Positions 55,628-64,000 of a DNA stretch of 64,000 nucleotides are shown piece by piece. This DNA comes from Nanobdellota archaeon (GTDB lineage Archaea; Nanobdellota; Nanobdellia; CSSed11-243R1): assembly GCA_021163365.1 (NCBI GenBank), contig JAGGWW010000007.1:13929-77928 (forward strand), given 5' to 3'. A model generated the notes under the pieces. The model had not been told where the DNA came from, did not search any database, and saw only the letters and a list, made by a program, of their open reading frames with translations. How positions within the stretch are numbered: the stretch's first letter is position 1; each line of letters opens with the position of its first letter. The position numbers and the translations under genes are program-made.

Positions 55628-56506
55628 TTAAACCACCAACGCAGCACCAACTACAATTAAAATAATTGAAATGATTTTTATAAAAAGGTTTTTTCCTTTA
55701 AGATGTTCTTTTATCTCTTTGATAAATCTTTTATCTATAACGCTTAAAAGGAGCAACAATCCAAGAACTACTAATGGCTGAATTGAGGTTAATGCGCTGA
55801 CAAGAGAAACAAGACCATAAGCAATTGCAAACGTACTGAAAATAACACCAAGTATGTTAAATGTTTCGCTTAAAGAGACTATTCCAACAGCTATTTTCTT
55901 TTTAAAGAAATCTTTGAAATCATTGTAGTAAATAAAAGGTAATGGCAAGACTGCAATTAAAACTCCCAGTCTTGTATATGAGTAAACTGTAAGGAAGTCA
56001 ATTCTTTCAAATAAATATTTTGAAATAACTGAAGATAAGGCCATTGGTATGTCTGCTAAAAACATGAGCCAAAAAGCCTTCCTAATCCTGAAATGCTTCT
56101 TAAAAGAAAGAAAAATGGCACCAAGAACTAAAAGAAATATCCCCATGTAGTTTTTAATTGAAAGGGGTTCCTTCAAGAGAAAAAATGCGAAAATTAGAAC
56201 AAAGATTGGAGATAGGTAAAACAATGGGATTACTCTTGAAACTTCCTCTATTTTTAAGGCATGAAAATAGAAATAAAGAGATAGTACATAAAGGATTCCT
56301 GCAAGTATGCTAAGTCCAAATTCAAAAAGGGAAAGAGCCACAAAGCCCTTTAGGATGTAAATGATAAAACTCGATACAATCCCAATCACTGCTACGAATA
56401 TTAAAGGGATATTCGGATTTCTTATGTACTCAGATAAAGCAAACTTATCAATTAGATTTGCGAATGACCAAAAGAGTGTCGCAAGCACAACAAACAAAAC
56501 CCACAT
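55628..56506 (-). CDS. EamA/DMT-superfamily transporter (10 TM)
   Basis: Two repeated 5-TM halves with EamA-like profiles. Confidence 0.65.
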   Translation of the reverse strand: MWVLFVVLATLFWSFANLIDKFALSEYIRNPNIPLIFVAVIGIVSSFIIYILKGFVALSLFEFGLSILAGILYVLSLYFYFHALKIEEVSRVIPLFYLSPIFVLIFAFFLLKEPLSIKNYMGIFLLVLGAIFLSFKKHFRIRKAFWLMFLADIPMALSSVISKYLFERIDFLTVYSYTRLGVLIAVLPLPFIYYNDFKDFFKKKIAVGIVSLSETFNILGVIFSTFAIAYGLVSLVSALTSIQPLVVLGLLLLLSVIDKRFIKEIKEHLKGKNLFIKIISIILIVVGAALVV

Positions 56507-56600
56507 TTTTACACCCTCGGCAGTATTATTTTTCCACTCTCCTCGTCACCAAATTCTTGATATTGGTTCTCTAAGTAAAATACACCAACTACAGCGCAGA

Positions 56601-57026
56601 TTATTGCATCTTTTTATGTTCGTTTTTGATTATATTCATAATTCTAACCTTTTTTAGTTCTTTCGCGTCTTTTATCCCTAAAATCTTTTTTGCAGAATTT
56701 GGATGTGTTTCAATCACTTCGCAGAATCTTTTTATTATGTATTTTAAATGCCTACCCCTTTCTGAAAGCTTTTTCATGGATGGAATATTTAAAGGTAAAA
56801 GCTTAAATCCCAATTGCTGCATTTCTCTTTCAGCAGGCCTAAAAGGTTTTTCTGAAGTTGTTAATGGTGCATCGATTACAACTACATTTGGCTTAAATCT
56901 TTTTATAAAGTCGATGATTTCAGAATCCTTCATTATAGTAAAAGTTTTTACCTTATCCTCTTCTAACTCCGCAATCCCAGTAGGATTTTTCTCATCTGCT
57001 GCTAAGTCAACCCCTATAACTCTCAT
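56601..57026 (-). CDS. DUF429-like predicted RNase-H-fold nuclease
   Basis: MRVIGVDLAADEKNPTGIAELE…VVVIDAPL: the N-terminal Asp-containing strand and second acidic strand typical of DUF429/YqgF-like folds. Start moved to the internal Met. Confidence 0.45.
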   Translation of the reverse strand: MRVIGVDLAADEKNPTGIAELEEDKVKTFTIMKDSEIIDFIKRFKPNVVVIDAPLTTSEKPFRPAEREMQQLGFKLLPLNIPSMKKLSERGRHLKYIIKRFCEVIETHPNSAKKILGIKDAKELKKVRIMNIIKNEHKKMQ

Positions 57027-57182
57027 ACTCACCAAAACTGAAAAAGCGACCACTATTTTATAAAAACTCCTATTGTTGGTGCTACACCTTTACCTCTGCG
57101 GTTTCCCCCACCCCTTACATTAATTGGAGAAGGTGAATTTGCTTTTAAAAACAAGATTATAGAATCTCGCATAAGACATTGT

Positions 57183-57458
57183 ATGACAGATGATAAAAAA
57201 CCAAGCAAAGAGATTCCTGTTTTATACGAAGCTTATCCAAATGCAACAACACCAACAGTAGAAATCCTTGGCAGAATAACAAAAGTTGATGAAAAACATG
57301 TTTGGTTTGAACAAGATTCAAGTTTAGAGAAAAAAGCAGAAGAAGAACTCTCTAAAGTTTACAATGCTGTAATATTTGGGAATCTTGATGAAAATGTTAA
57401 TGCTTGCGTGCCAAGAGTTCAAATCGGTAAAAGCTATTTCGTCCTTTGGGTTGATTAA
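57183..57458 (+). CDS. Hypothetical protein (91 aa)
   Basis: ORF only. Confidence 0.35.
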   Translation: MTDDKKPSKEIPVLYEAYPNATTPTVEILGRITKVDEKHVWFEQDSSLEKKAEEELSKVYNAVIFGNLDENVNACVPRVQIGKSYFVLWVD

Positions 57459-57459
57459 A

Positions 57460-57807
57460 ATGAGCTTGGCTGACAAAATAGAAGAATTCTATCTTGGTAA
57501 TGAAAAAGACGAGGGAAGACATTTTTTCTTAAACACACTTTTTCTTCCAACAACAGAACATTTCATAAGTTATAGGGCAGGAGAACTATATAGAAAAAAT
57601 GAAGCAGACTTAGAAATCACTGTCTATCAATTAGCAGCAACCTTTTGGGGTGGTTTAAGAAACACAATTTATCTATATAACTTAAACTTGCTCTTAGACA
57701 TAATCCCTGAAAAGTATAAAACACATGCATATACACTGATGTTTGCCGGAACAATTATTTCTTGCGCAATTTCTACCTTAGTTGGCTATTTTAAAAAGAA
57801 TTCATAA
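57460..57807 (+). CDS. Hypothetical protein (115 aa) with a C-terminal hydrophobic helix
   Basis: Starts at MSLADKIEEF, 2 nt after the previous stop. Confidence 0.4.
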   Translation: MSLADKIEEFYLGNEKDEGRHFFLNTLFLPTTEHFISYRAGELYRKNEADLEITVYQLAATFWGGLRNTIYLYNLNLLLDIIPEKYKTHAYTLMFAGTIISCAISTLVGYFKKNS

Positions 57808-58316
57808 ACAAACAAATCTTCAAAACCAATGTGTTTTTTCTCAAGAAGATTATGTGAATAACCAAGTTTTTCAGCAATCTCCAAAACTCTTTTTGGATTT
57901 GTTAAAGAAGAAAAAACCATGAGAATTTTTCCATTTTTATTTAAATGCTTCTTTGCTTCTTTTAAAAATCTTTCAATTGTTTCCCAACCTTCTTTACCTC
58001 CTGTTACATCTATTTCTTTATCAAACTTTGATTCAGGCAAATAAGGAGGGTTAAATATAATCACATCAAACTTTTCAGGAACATTTGAAAACAAATCACT
58101 TACACGAAACTCAATGTTTTTAAAAACATGAACAGCGTTTTTGCAATATTCAATTGCTTCAGGATTCGCATCAACTGCAATAACTTTTTTTGCTTTTGGA
58201 GCTGCTGCAAATGCTTGAATACCTGTTCCAGTACCCATATCTAAAACATCGCCTTTGGCTAATTTTTCAACCCATTTTTTTAATAGGTATGAATCCTCTC
58301 GCGGCAAATATACCAT
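57786..58316 (-). CDS. HemK/Mtq2-type N5-glutamine (release-factor) methyltransferase
   Basis: VLDMGTGTGIQAFAAA (motif I) and IIFNPPYLP (the NPPY substrate-Gln/adenine-N6 motif). Size matches archaeal Mtq2. Confidence 0.75.
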   Translation of the reverse strand: MVYLPREDSYLLKKWVEKLAKGDVLDMGTGTGIQAFAAAPKAKKVIAVDANPEAIEYCKNAVHVFKNIEFRVSDLFSNVPEKFDVIIFNPPYLPESKFDKEIDVTGGKEGWETIERFLKEAKKHLNKNGKILMVFSSLTNPKRVLEIAEKLGYSHNLLEKKHIGFEDLFVYEFFLK

Positions 58317-58347
58317 GTTAATCTAAACAGAATTGTTAATTTTAAAA

Positions 58348-58782
58348 CTATTGATGATAGCCAGTTGGTAATTTAACTTCCTTTTTAGCAAGCACATCAA
58401 CTATTTTTACATCATCGTGTTTTCCATCATAAGGCAAACTTGATAAATAAGCTGGAAACTCATTTGCTATTCTTACTAATGATTCTATCTCTGAGGGAAC
58501 ATCTCCTAAGATGCCACGCCAGTAGTTTATATCTTCTAAAGCAGACTTAAGGTGTTCGAATTTTTCATTTATTTCAGCTTCAGAAGGATAAATATCTCCA
58601 CCCAAAGCACTTTGTTTATTTCTCTCTAAAATTAATTTTTTTAATTCACCTGCTTGCGTGAAATATGATTCTAAGATATTTAGAAGCGAAGAATAATCTT
58701 CATTTACTTCTTTAAGATTTTTAATTAATTCAAGTGCATCTGAAGGAATTTGTTCTATGTTTAGTTCTCTTATTCCATTCAA
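58348..58782 (-). CDS. Hypothetical protein (144 aa)
   Basis: ORF only. 4 nt downstream of the next gene. Confidence 0.4.
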   Translation of the reverse strand: MNGIRELNIEQIPSDALELIKNLKEVNEDYSSLLNILESYFTQAGELKKLILERNKQSALGGDIYPSEAEINEKFEHLKSALEDINYWRGILGDVPSEIESLVRIANEFPAYLSSLPYDGKHDDVKIVDVLAKKEVKLPTGYHQ

Positions 58783-58786
58783 AATC

Positions 58787-59263
58787 TCACCTTTTAGCTT
58801 TTTTTAGTTTTTCCAATTTTTTTAAAGCATTTAATTTCCTTGTTTGCAAATCATGTAAGTGAATACTATCAATTCTTAATTGTTCATGTTTAGCTATATT
58901 TGAAAGTTTTTGAATATGTTTTTCTTGCTTTAAAAGCTCATTTAATCTGTTTTTCAAATTAAGATACTCATGAACCAAAGAAGGATTCACACCACTTATA
59001 TCAACAATTGGGCCTGCGGCTTTTTTAAGCATATTTATCTTTTCATTACCAATTTCTCTTGCTATCTTTGTTAAATCATGATTTATTTTTTCAATTTCTC
59101 TAAGTATTGAACTATAAATATGTTGAAATCTTGGGTGAATTAATTTATTTTGCAAAGCATTCATTCTTTCAACAACAGCATTTATTTGCTTATCAATCTC
59201 TATTAACTCGTTTTCTATTTTGGCTATTTCCCGCTCAACATGTTTTGTGCTTGGTTCAAACAT
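58787..59263 (-). CDS. Coiled-coil hypothetical protein (158 aa)
   Basis: Heptad-rich K/E/L sequence. Confidence 0.4.
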   Translation of the reverse strand: MFEPSTKHVEREIAKIENELIEIDKQINAVVERMNALQNKLIHPRFQHIYSSILREIEKINHDLTKIAREIGNEKINMLKKAAGPIVDISGVNPSLVHEYLNLKNRLNELLKQEKHIQKLSNIAKHEQLRIDSIHLHDLQTRKLNALKKLEKLKKAKR

Positions 59264-59428
59264 AAAATCACCTTAATAATTTATTAAAGCACTTTTTATA
59301 TATAAATGTTTTCACTATTAGATGATAACAAATATTTTTATACTCTTGAAAACTATATATATTAGGCAGTTCAATGGCGTTAAGCATGGCTACCATATAA
59401 CCGCTAACCCAAAACCAATCCACATCTG

Positions 59429-59840
59429 CAAAGAGATTGGGCCTTAGAATCTCAATGCAGATGCCTGGGTTAAGTTATATGGTGCCATGGGGAGCAGGCT
59501 GTTTGGCTTGGATTGGATTTTTCAAAAGGAGTCAAACAGAAAAACTCCCCCATTGAGCCCAAAGTAATCAAAGGGGTATTGCCTTGTGCAGTGTTCCTAT
59601 GATTACAATGCCTTCGGGCAGTTCCAGTGCCTTTTGGCAAGACAAGTGCCAAACCTCTGGTTGCAAACCAGCCCAGGTCTCATGAAAGAAAGGGCCTTAG
59701 AATCTTTCATGAGATCCAGCAACTAAAGTTTGGTGCTTTGTCTTGGGAAGTAACTTCACCTGCAGTTGGGCTGGGTCCTTCGGGATCAGAGAACTGCAGG
59801 GAAGCTAAACTTCCCACTGGAGCCCAAAGATTTCTTTGAA
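59429..59840 (+). ncRNA. Structured GC-rich non-coding RNA of about 410 nt (candidate SRP 7S RNA or RNase P RNA; identity unresolved)
   Basis: GC content is well above the flanking sequence. Two hairpins are closed by UUCG tetraloops on the plus strand (UGCC-UUCG-GGCA at 59609-59620; GGUCC-UUCG-GGAUC at 59776-59789). A perfect 12-bp hairpin UCUCAUGAAAGA/UCUUUCAUGAGA has the loop AAGGGCCUUAGAA, and that loop sequence GGGCCUUAG recurs in a second hairpin at 59437-59458. The possible terminal helix CAAAGAGAUUGGGC…GCCCAAAGAUUUCUUUG would pair the 5' and 3' ends. GGUGCCAUGGGGAGCAGGC resembles the SRP domain-IV GG(A)AGCAGG element. The only ORFs here are two short overlapping frames. Confidence 0.5.
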
Positions 59841-59933
59841 ATTATGACAGCATTCTCAAAAGTAGTAATTGCTTGTTCAAGTGTTGTGATGTTCTTAGAA
59901 AGAAATATTAACATTAAATTTCTCTAAATAAAT

Positions 59934-60485
59934 ATGACGTTCATTTTAGTTTCAGTAATTGTTGCAATTGCTGCATCAATTGGAGGATTAATTGCAATTT
60001 ACACAAAAAAGGAAATTGAACAATTTGACAAATGGATAAAATATTCTGAAATTGCACTTTCTATACTTCTTGCAATTTTGATGATAAGCGTGCATAAAAG
60101 CGTGTGGCCTGTGTTGTTCTTAATTGTTGGTGCAGTATTTGTCATTCTCTTAAATAAATCTCTTTTCCACATTCATTTGAATAGATTTATAAGAGCGCTC
60201 ATGTTTGGATTTGCACTTGGAATATTGTTTAACATAAACAGAGATATTGCATTTCCATTTGCTGTTATCTTATCACTTCACAATATAATCAAAGGAAGCA
60301 GGATTGGTGCATACTATCTTGACAAAAGAAAAAACATCTTTAAGGTTATTGGTAATTTCCAAGCAATTTTTATAATCGCTGCGCTGTTAGGTTTTTATGT
60401 TTTCTCGAATCAACTCCTACAAGCAGTAGTTTTAAACTTTGCAGCAGGAGCAGTTATAACAACTGCAATTGGAACTAAAATCTAA
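59934..60485 (+). CDS. Polytopic membrane protein (183 aa)
   Basis: 6 hydrophobic segments. No family assigned. Confidence 0.45.
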   Translation: MTFILVSVIVAIAASIGGLIAIYTKKEIEQFDKWIKYSEIALSILLAILMISVHKSVWPVLFLIVGAVFVILLNKSLFHIHLNRFIRALMFGFALGILFNINRDIAFPFAVILSLHNIIKGSRIGAYYLDKRKNIFKVIGNFQAIFIIAALLGFYVFSNQLLQAVVLNFAAGAVITTAIGTKI

Positions 60486-60507
60486 TTTCTTTGATGAAAC
60501 TTTCTTC

Positions 60508-60918
60508 TTAAGAAAGTGTTTTTGACAATTCAGCCAAAGGATGTCCTTTTACTTTTGTTTCAAATTCTTTATAATATCCAAAGGGTGCTCTAAAGACATC
60601 AATTCCTTTTTGTTTTGCAAAAGATTCCATTTCTTTGAGAATTGTTATTGCAATTGATGGTGTTGCCAAATTATTTGAAAGATGAGCATAAGGATAAATT
60701 AACAAGCAATCTGCTTTAACTTCATCTATTTGTTTTTTAACTGCAATTATCGCATTTCGTGCTGTTTCTGGTTCATCTCCTTTTTCAACACTAACTAATG
60801 CCACAATCACGTTTTTAAACTCTTTTTGTTCGCCATCTCTGTTCTCTGGCAAAATCTTCATTGCTGGCTTTGTTACCTTATACCTAAAGTATTCGCAATG
60901 CCATTGAAGTATTTTCAT
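60508..60918 (-). CDS. Free-standing archaeal ThrRS-type editing domain (D-aminoacyl-tRNA-deacylase-like fold)
   Basis: [13 protein letters not shown]…[26 protein letters not shown]…[24 protein letters not shown] aligns with the N-terminal editing domain of archaeal ThrRS (e.g. …VLVAFISVEK…[21 protein letters not shown]…[24 protein letters not shown]). ATGA overlap with the upstream catalytic gene. Confidence 0.85.
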   Translation of the reverse strand: [136 protein letters not shown]

Positions 60919-62381
60919 CTACTATCACTCCATGCAACAAAAATTGGCCTCTTTGTTAAAAGTCGTGGGACATACATTGGCCTTTTTGGGAATTCTCCAT
61001 ATTTTTCTTTAAACATTAAGATAAATTCATCTTTTGTCATCTCAACTATTTTTTCTTCTTCAGCCTTTGCTCCTTCTCTTATTACAACCTTAAGCTTACT
61101 ACCCCCAACTTCTTTATCACCAATAACAATTATGTATGGAATCCACCTCATCTTTGCATCGTGAACTTTTTTTGGAACTCTTTCACTTCTATCATCAATT
61201 CCAACACGTATGCCAGCTAATTCAAATTCATCTGCTAATTTCTCTGCAAATGGTAAATGCCTATCTGCAACAGGAAGCAACCTAACTTGTTCTGGAGAAA
61301 GCCACACTGGGAGCATCGGTAAAAACCCTTCTTTTTCCATACCAGCAGCTCTTTCAAGCATACTGCACAATGCACGCTCTACAGAGCCAAAAGAAGAAGC
61401 ATGTAAAACAATTTGAATTGGGTGTTTTTTGTTATCTTTTCCGACATATTCAAACCCAAACCTTTTTCCATTTTTAACATCCCACTGAACTGTTGAAATC
61501 TGTAAGTTATTCCCATCAGGCAAAATAGCTTGAAACTCATTTTTAAAAGCATAGTAATGCCACATTTCTCTCATTATCTTAAAGAAAGCTGGCATGTTCA
61601 TCTTTTTAATTATCTGTTTAAACCATTCCTTGTATTTATCAAAGTATTCATTTACAACTTCCCAACCAAAAGCCCAATCTTTTGCTATCATGCTTTCCAT
61701 GAGTTGTTGAAATTGCAAACAAAGTTCTTCGAACTCTTTTTTTGCAGATTTCTCATCTGCGCATAACGCGTGCATGTCACTCATTGTAAAATTGCGGACT
61801 CTTGCAAGGCCTAAAAGCTCGCCTGATTGTTCTCTTCTAAAGCAAATTGCTTCTTCATAAACCTTTAATGGAAGATGATTGTATGTATAAATCATCCTCT
61901 TAATTGCTGGAAAAGCACCAGGGTCAGAAGCAAATCTTAAAACAAGTTCCTTGTCGTCTGATTTAACTTTATACTCTCTTTCAAGAAACTCTTTCATTAA
62001 CTCAGCAACTTCCTTTACACTTGTTCTATACAACAAAGGATTTTGTATTTTAACAGCACCCCATGGGAGAGCAATGTTCTTTAATGCATAATCAAGTATT
62101 AAGTCTTTAATTAAAACACCATTTGGATACCATTTCATATTACCAATGTCGCTTTCAGGACAATAATCAACAAGTTCTAATTTTCTCATATAATCTATGT
62201 GCTTTGGCTCTTGTTTTTTCTCTGGTTTGCCAACAAGCTCGTTCCTAACAAAGTTCTTTAATGCCATGTACTTTCTGTCTTTCTTTTTCCACAGCTCACA
62301 TTTCTCCCAGTTATCCTTATTTACCTCATACTCTTTTCCATCAACGTCAATTATAACCCACCTAAAAAATTCACTTGGCAT
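60915..62381 (-). CDS. thrS: Threonyl-tRNA synthetase, catalytic core plus anticodon-binding domain (no editing domain)
   Basis: Class-II aaRS motifs (…FRREQSGELLGLARVRNFTMSDMH…, …HASSFGSVERAL…) and a C-terminal anticodon-binding domain (…LPVWLSPEQVRLLPV…IRVGIDD…). Confidence 0.9.
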   Translation of the reverse strand: MPSEFFRWVIIDVDGKEYEVNKDNWEKCELWKKKDRKYMALKNFVRNELVGKPEKKQEPKHIDYMRKLELVDYCPESDIGNMKWYPNGVLIKDLILDYALKNIALPWGAVKIQNPLLYRTSVKEVAELMKEFLEREYKVKSDDKELVLRFASDPGAFPAIKRMIYTYNHLPLKVYEEAICFRREQSGELLGLARVRNFTMSDMHALCADEKSAKKEFEELCLQFQQLMESMIAKDWAFGWEVVNEYFDKYKEWFKQIIKKMNMPAFFKIMREMWHYYAFKNEFQAILPDGNNLQISTVQWDVKNGKRFGFEYVGKDNKKHPIQIVLHASSFGSVERALCSMLERAAGMEKEGFLPMLPVWLSPEQVRLLPVADRHLPFAEKLADEFELAGIRVGIDDRSERVPKKVHDAKMRWIPYIIVIGDKEVGGSKLKVVIREGAKAEEEKIVEMTKDEFILMFKEKYGEFPKRPMYVPRLLTKRPIFVAWSDSR

Positions 62382-62421
62382 AAATTATAGCAGAGGCTTC
62401 ACTTTTTTATTTCTTTTGCTT

Positions 62422-63444
62422 TTACAATTCTTTTTGAGCGTTCTTCCATAACACTTCAAAATAATCTCTTAGAGAATTAGCAACATTTTTATCCTTTATT
62501 ACCACAACTTCTGGTATTTTAGTCCAAAGGATTATCGCAACTTTATCAGAATAAATATTAATCACAGCATGCGATTTTGTCCTTTTCTTAATGAATCTAA
62601 CTTCTGTTGTTTTTGATGGCTTTACATCCCTTCCTTTTCTTACAAGATGTCTTATTTGAATATTCTTCTTTTCTGTTTGATTAATAAACCATTTAGCAAA
62701 TTCTGGCATCCGTTCGGCAAATTGGCCTTCCGAATCTAAAACACAGTTTGGCTGGTTTTCAGCTAAGATGTCCTTAAAAACTTTTTTGACGCCCTCTTCA
62801 CCATAGAATAACTTTATTTTTCTTTCAAAATAAAATTCTTTAAACATACTCTTTATAATTTTTACAGCAGATTCCCTCATCTTACCTTCTGGATCCTCAG
62901 GAATTATTACGTGGGCTCTTTTTGCACTTGGTTCAATAAACATTTTATGAGCTGGTCTCACAAACCGGTTCCATTGCTCTATAACTGATTTCACATCCCT
63001 ACCTCTTTCTATTACGTCACGTTGAATCCTCCTTATTAATCGAATATCAGGTGGTGTTTCGACAAAAAGCCTTACTTTCATGAGGTTGCAAATTTCTTCA
63101 TCATAAAGAGCAAATATACCTTCAATGATTATAACATCTTTAGGTGTAACAATTTCATAACCAATTCTCACATGTTTGGTAAATGAGTATATAGGTGCCT
63201 TTACTTTTTTGTTTTTTAAAAGTTGCTTTATTTGTTTTCTAAAAAGAGGCCAATCAATGGAATTGGGATGATCAAAATTTACCTTCTCTCTTTCTGCTGG
63301 CTTTATCTTACTTAAGTCTTTGTAATACCTGTCCATAGAAATTAAGAGAACTCTATCTTGACCAATTTCTTCGGCTATCATTTTTGCGAGGGTTGTTTTT
63401 CCAGAACCGCTACCACCTGCTATTCCCATCAAAAACTTTTTCAT
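62422..63444 (-). CDS. udk: Uridine kinase fused to a C-terminal TrmB-C-like (putative ligand-binding) domain
   Basis: N-terminal GIAGGSGSGKTTLA (P-loop) with …DRYY…, DHP and IIEGI motifs of Udk/PRK. The C-terminal about 130 aa end …VAIILWTKIPEVVVIKDKNVANSLRDYFEVLWKNAQ, resembling the TrmB C-terminal domain. Start set at MKKFLMGIAGG. Confidence 0.7.
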   Translation of the reverse strand: MKKFLMGIAGGSGSGKTTLAKMIAEEIGQDRVLLISMDRYYKDLSKIKPAEREKVNFDHPNSIDWPLFRKQIKQLLKNKKVKAPIYSFTKHVRIGYEIVTPKDVIIIEGIFALYDEEICNLMKVRLFVETPPDIRLIRRIQRDVIERGRDVKSVIEQWNRFVRPAHKMFIEPSAKRAHVIIPEDPEGKMRESAVKIIKSMFKEFYFERKIKLFYGEEGVKKVFKDILAENQPNCVLDSEGQFAERMPEFAKWFINQTEKKNIQIRHLVRKGRDVKPSKTTEVRFIKKRTKSHAVINIYSDKVAIILWTKIPEVVVIKDKNVANSLRDYFEVLWKNAQKEL

Positions 63445-63511
63445 AGATATAAATAGCAGATAGATATTTATTAAGTTTAAGCGAGGAAGTATTTTTTCGG
63501 CAGTGTGATAA

Positions 63512-63808
63512 TTATTTCTCTGTTTTTTCTTTTCCAAGTTTAAACAATTTGATATATTCTTTGCTATAAGGTTTCCACTTAATTGTGCCAAGTTTGAATT
63601 CCTTGAATTCGGGAATTTCAGCTAAATTCCAATCAAAACCTTCTTCAAACAACTTACAAGGAAAATCTTTACATAAAAAGCAACATTTAATATTTCTTGA
63701 GCTCGCACATTCAGCAATTTCACATCTACCACATAATTCTAAAAGTTTTTGGCATCCTGGACATTTTTTTCTCTGAAAGCAGGACATAATGAACAACAAA
63801 TCCCGCAA
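63512..63808 (-). CDS. Cys-rich hypothetical protein (about 90 aa)
   Basis: CPGCQKLLELCGRCEIAEC…CCFLCKDFPC: multiple CxxC pairs. Confidence 0.4.
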   Translation of the reverse strand: MRDLLFIMSCFQRKKCPGCQKLLELCGRCEIAECASSRNIKCCFLCKDFPCKLFEEGFDWNLAEIPEFKEFKLGTIKWKPYSKEYIKLFKLGKEKTEK

Positions 63809-64000
63809 TAACTAATTAATTGTTTTTCTTTAGTCATAAACCAAAGTAAAGTTAAATTATTTTAAATCCCTTTCGCTTTAAAGCATCCCGAAAATTGCAA
63901 CTAACGTTTTGGATAAAAGAAGCTTTTCTTTTTGCGATAGTGAAAAACTCGATCATCTACTTAACCTAATTTCTTTTTTATAAGACCTTTTAGTTTCCTT

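Noticed and set aside
57054-57182. Moderately GC-rich intergenic stretch (…GGTGCTACACCTTTACCTCTGCGGTTTCCCCCACCCCTTACATTAATTGGAGAAGGTGAATTTGC…) as a possible small RNA
   Set aside because: Only a short 6-bp complementarity (CACCTT/AAGGTG) and no convincing extended structure. It is more simply a promoter/5'-UTR region for the gene at 57183.
59470-59839. Two ORFs (59470..59652 minus, 59627..59839 plus) in the ORF track
   Set aside because: They lie entirely inside the GC-rich structured-RNA region with UUCG tetraloops. Their composition is unlike the genome's proteins (W/C/G/R/P-rich) and they overlap each other. They are far more likely spurious frames across an ncRNA.
1-64000. tRNA genes, rRNA genes, CRISPR arrays, integrases or transposases
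   Set aside because: Intergenic regions were scanned for GC-rich 70-90-nt cloverleaf candidates and for direct repeats. Only the two GC-rich RNA candidates reported above were found. No regularly spaced repeats or recombinase-like ORFs are present, so the long operon is not obviously part of a mobile element.

Overview
This is a low-GC archaeal chromosomal window. Its gene content is archaeal (r-proteins L21e and L35Ae, RpoF, an Orc1/Cdc6, ABCE1, a TrmI-type tRNA methyltransferase, a Dph2-like enzyme, Lys-rich proteins) and genes are tightly packed, often with overlapping start and stop codons. The sequence suggests a small-genome (DPANN-like) lineage, but the organism cannot be named from sequence alone. 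Recognisable housekeeping genes include SAM decarboxylase, IMPDH, a stand-alone AICAR-transformylase domain, KsgA, mevalonate kinase, a MoxR+VWA pair, 3-methyladenine glycosylase, ThrRS split into a catalytic gene plus a free-standing editing-domain gene, a Mtq2/HemK-type methyltransferase, a YchF/DRG-like GTPase, transporters and several Pol-beta-type nucleotidyltransferases. The most unusual feature is a roughly 14-kb co-directional minus-strand gene string (26878..40690, 15 genes, most without recognisable homologues). It starts with an MBL-fold hydrolase and a nucleotidyltransferase-TPR protein. It continues through three tandem paralogues of an unknown family, an SPFH-like/coiled-coil protein and a membrane protein. 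It ends with two paralogous ESCRT-III-like coiled-coil proteins, a MIT-domain AAA+ ATPase of the Vps4/CdvC type, a tiny membrane protein and two transglutaminase-like cysteine-protease paralogues. I interpret it as a candidate undescribed ESCRT-like/membrane-remodelling module, with a defence role as the alternative. Other points are a GC-rich structured RNA of about 410 nt with two UUCG tetraloops (59429..59840), a GC-rich hairpin RNA candidate (6758..6829), a HIT gene broken by a frameshift in an A7/T7 homopolymer, and several domain fusions (an APC permease fused to a SAM methyltransferase, and uridine kinase fused to a TrmB-C-like domain). No tRNA, rRNA, CRISPR array, integrase or transposase was recognised.
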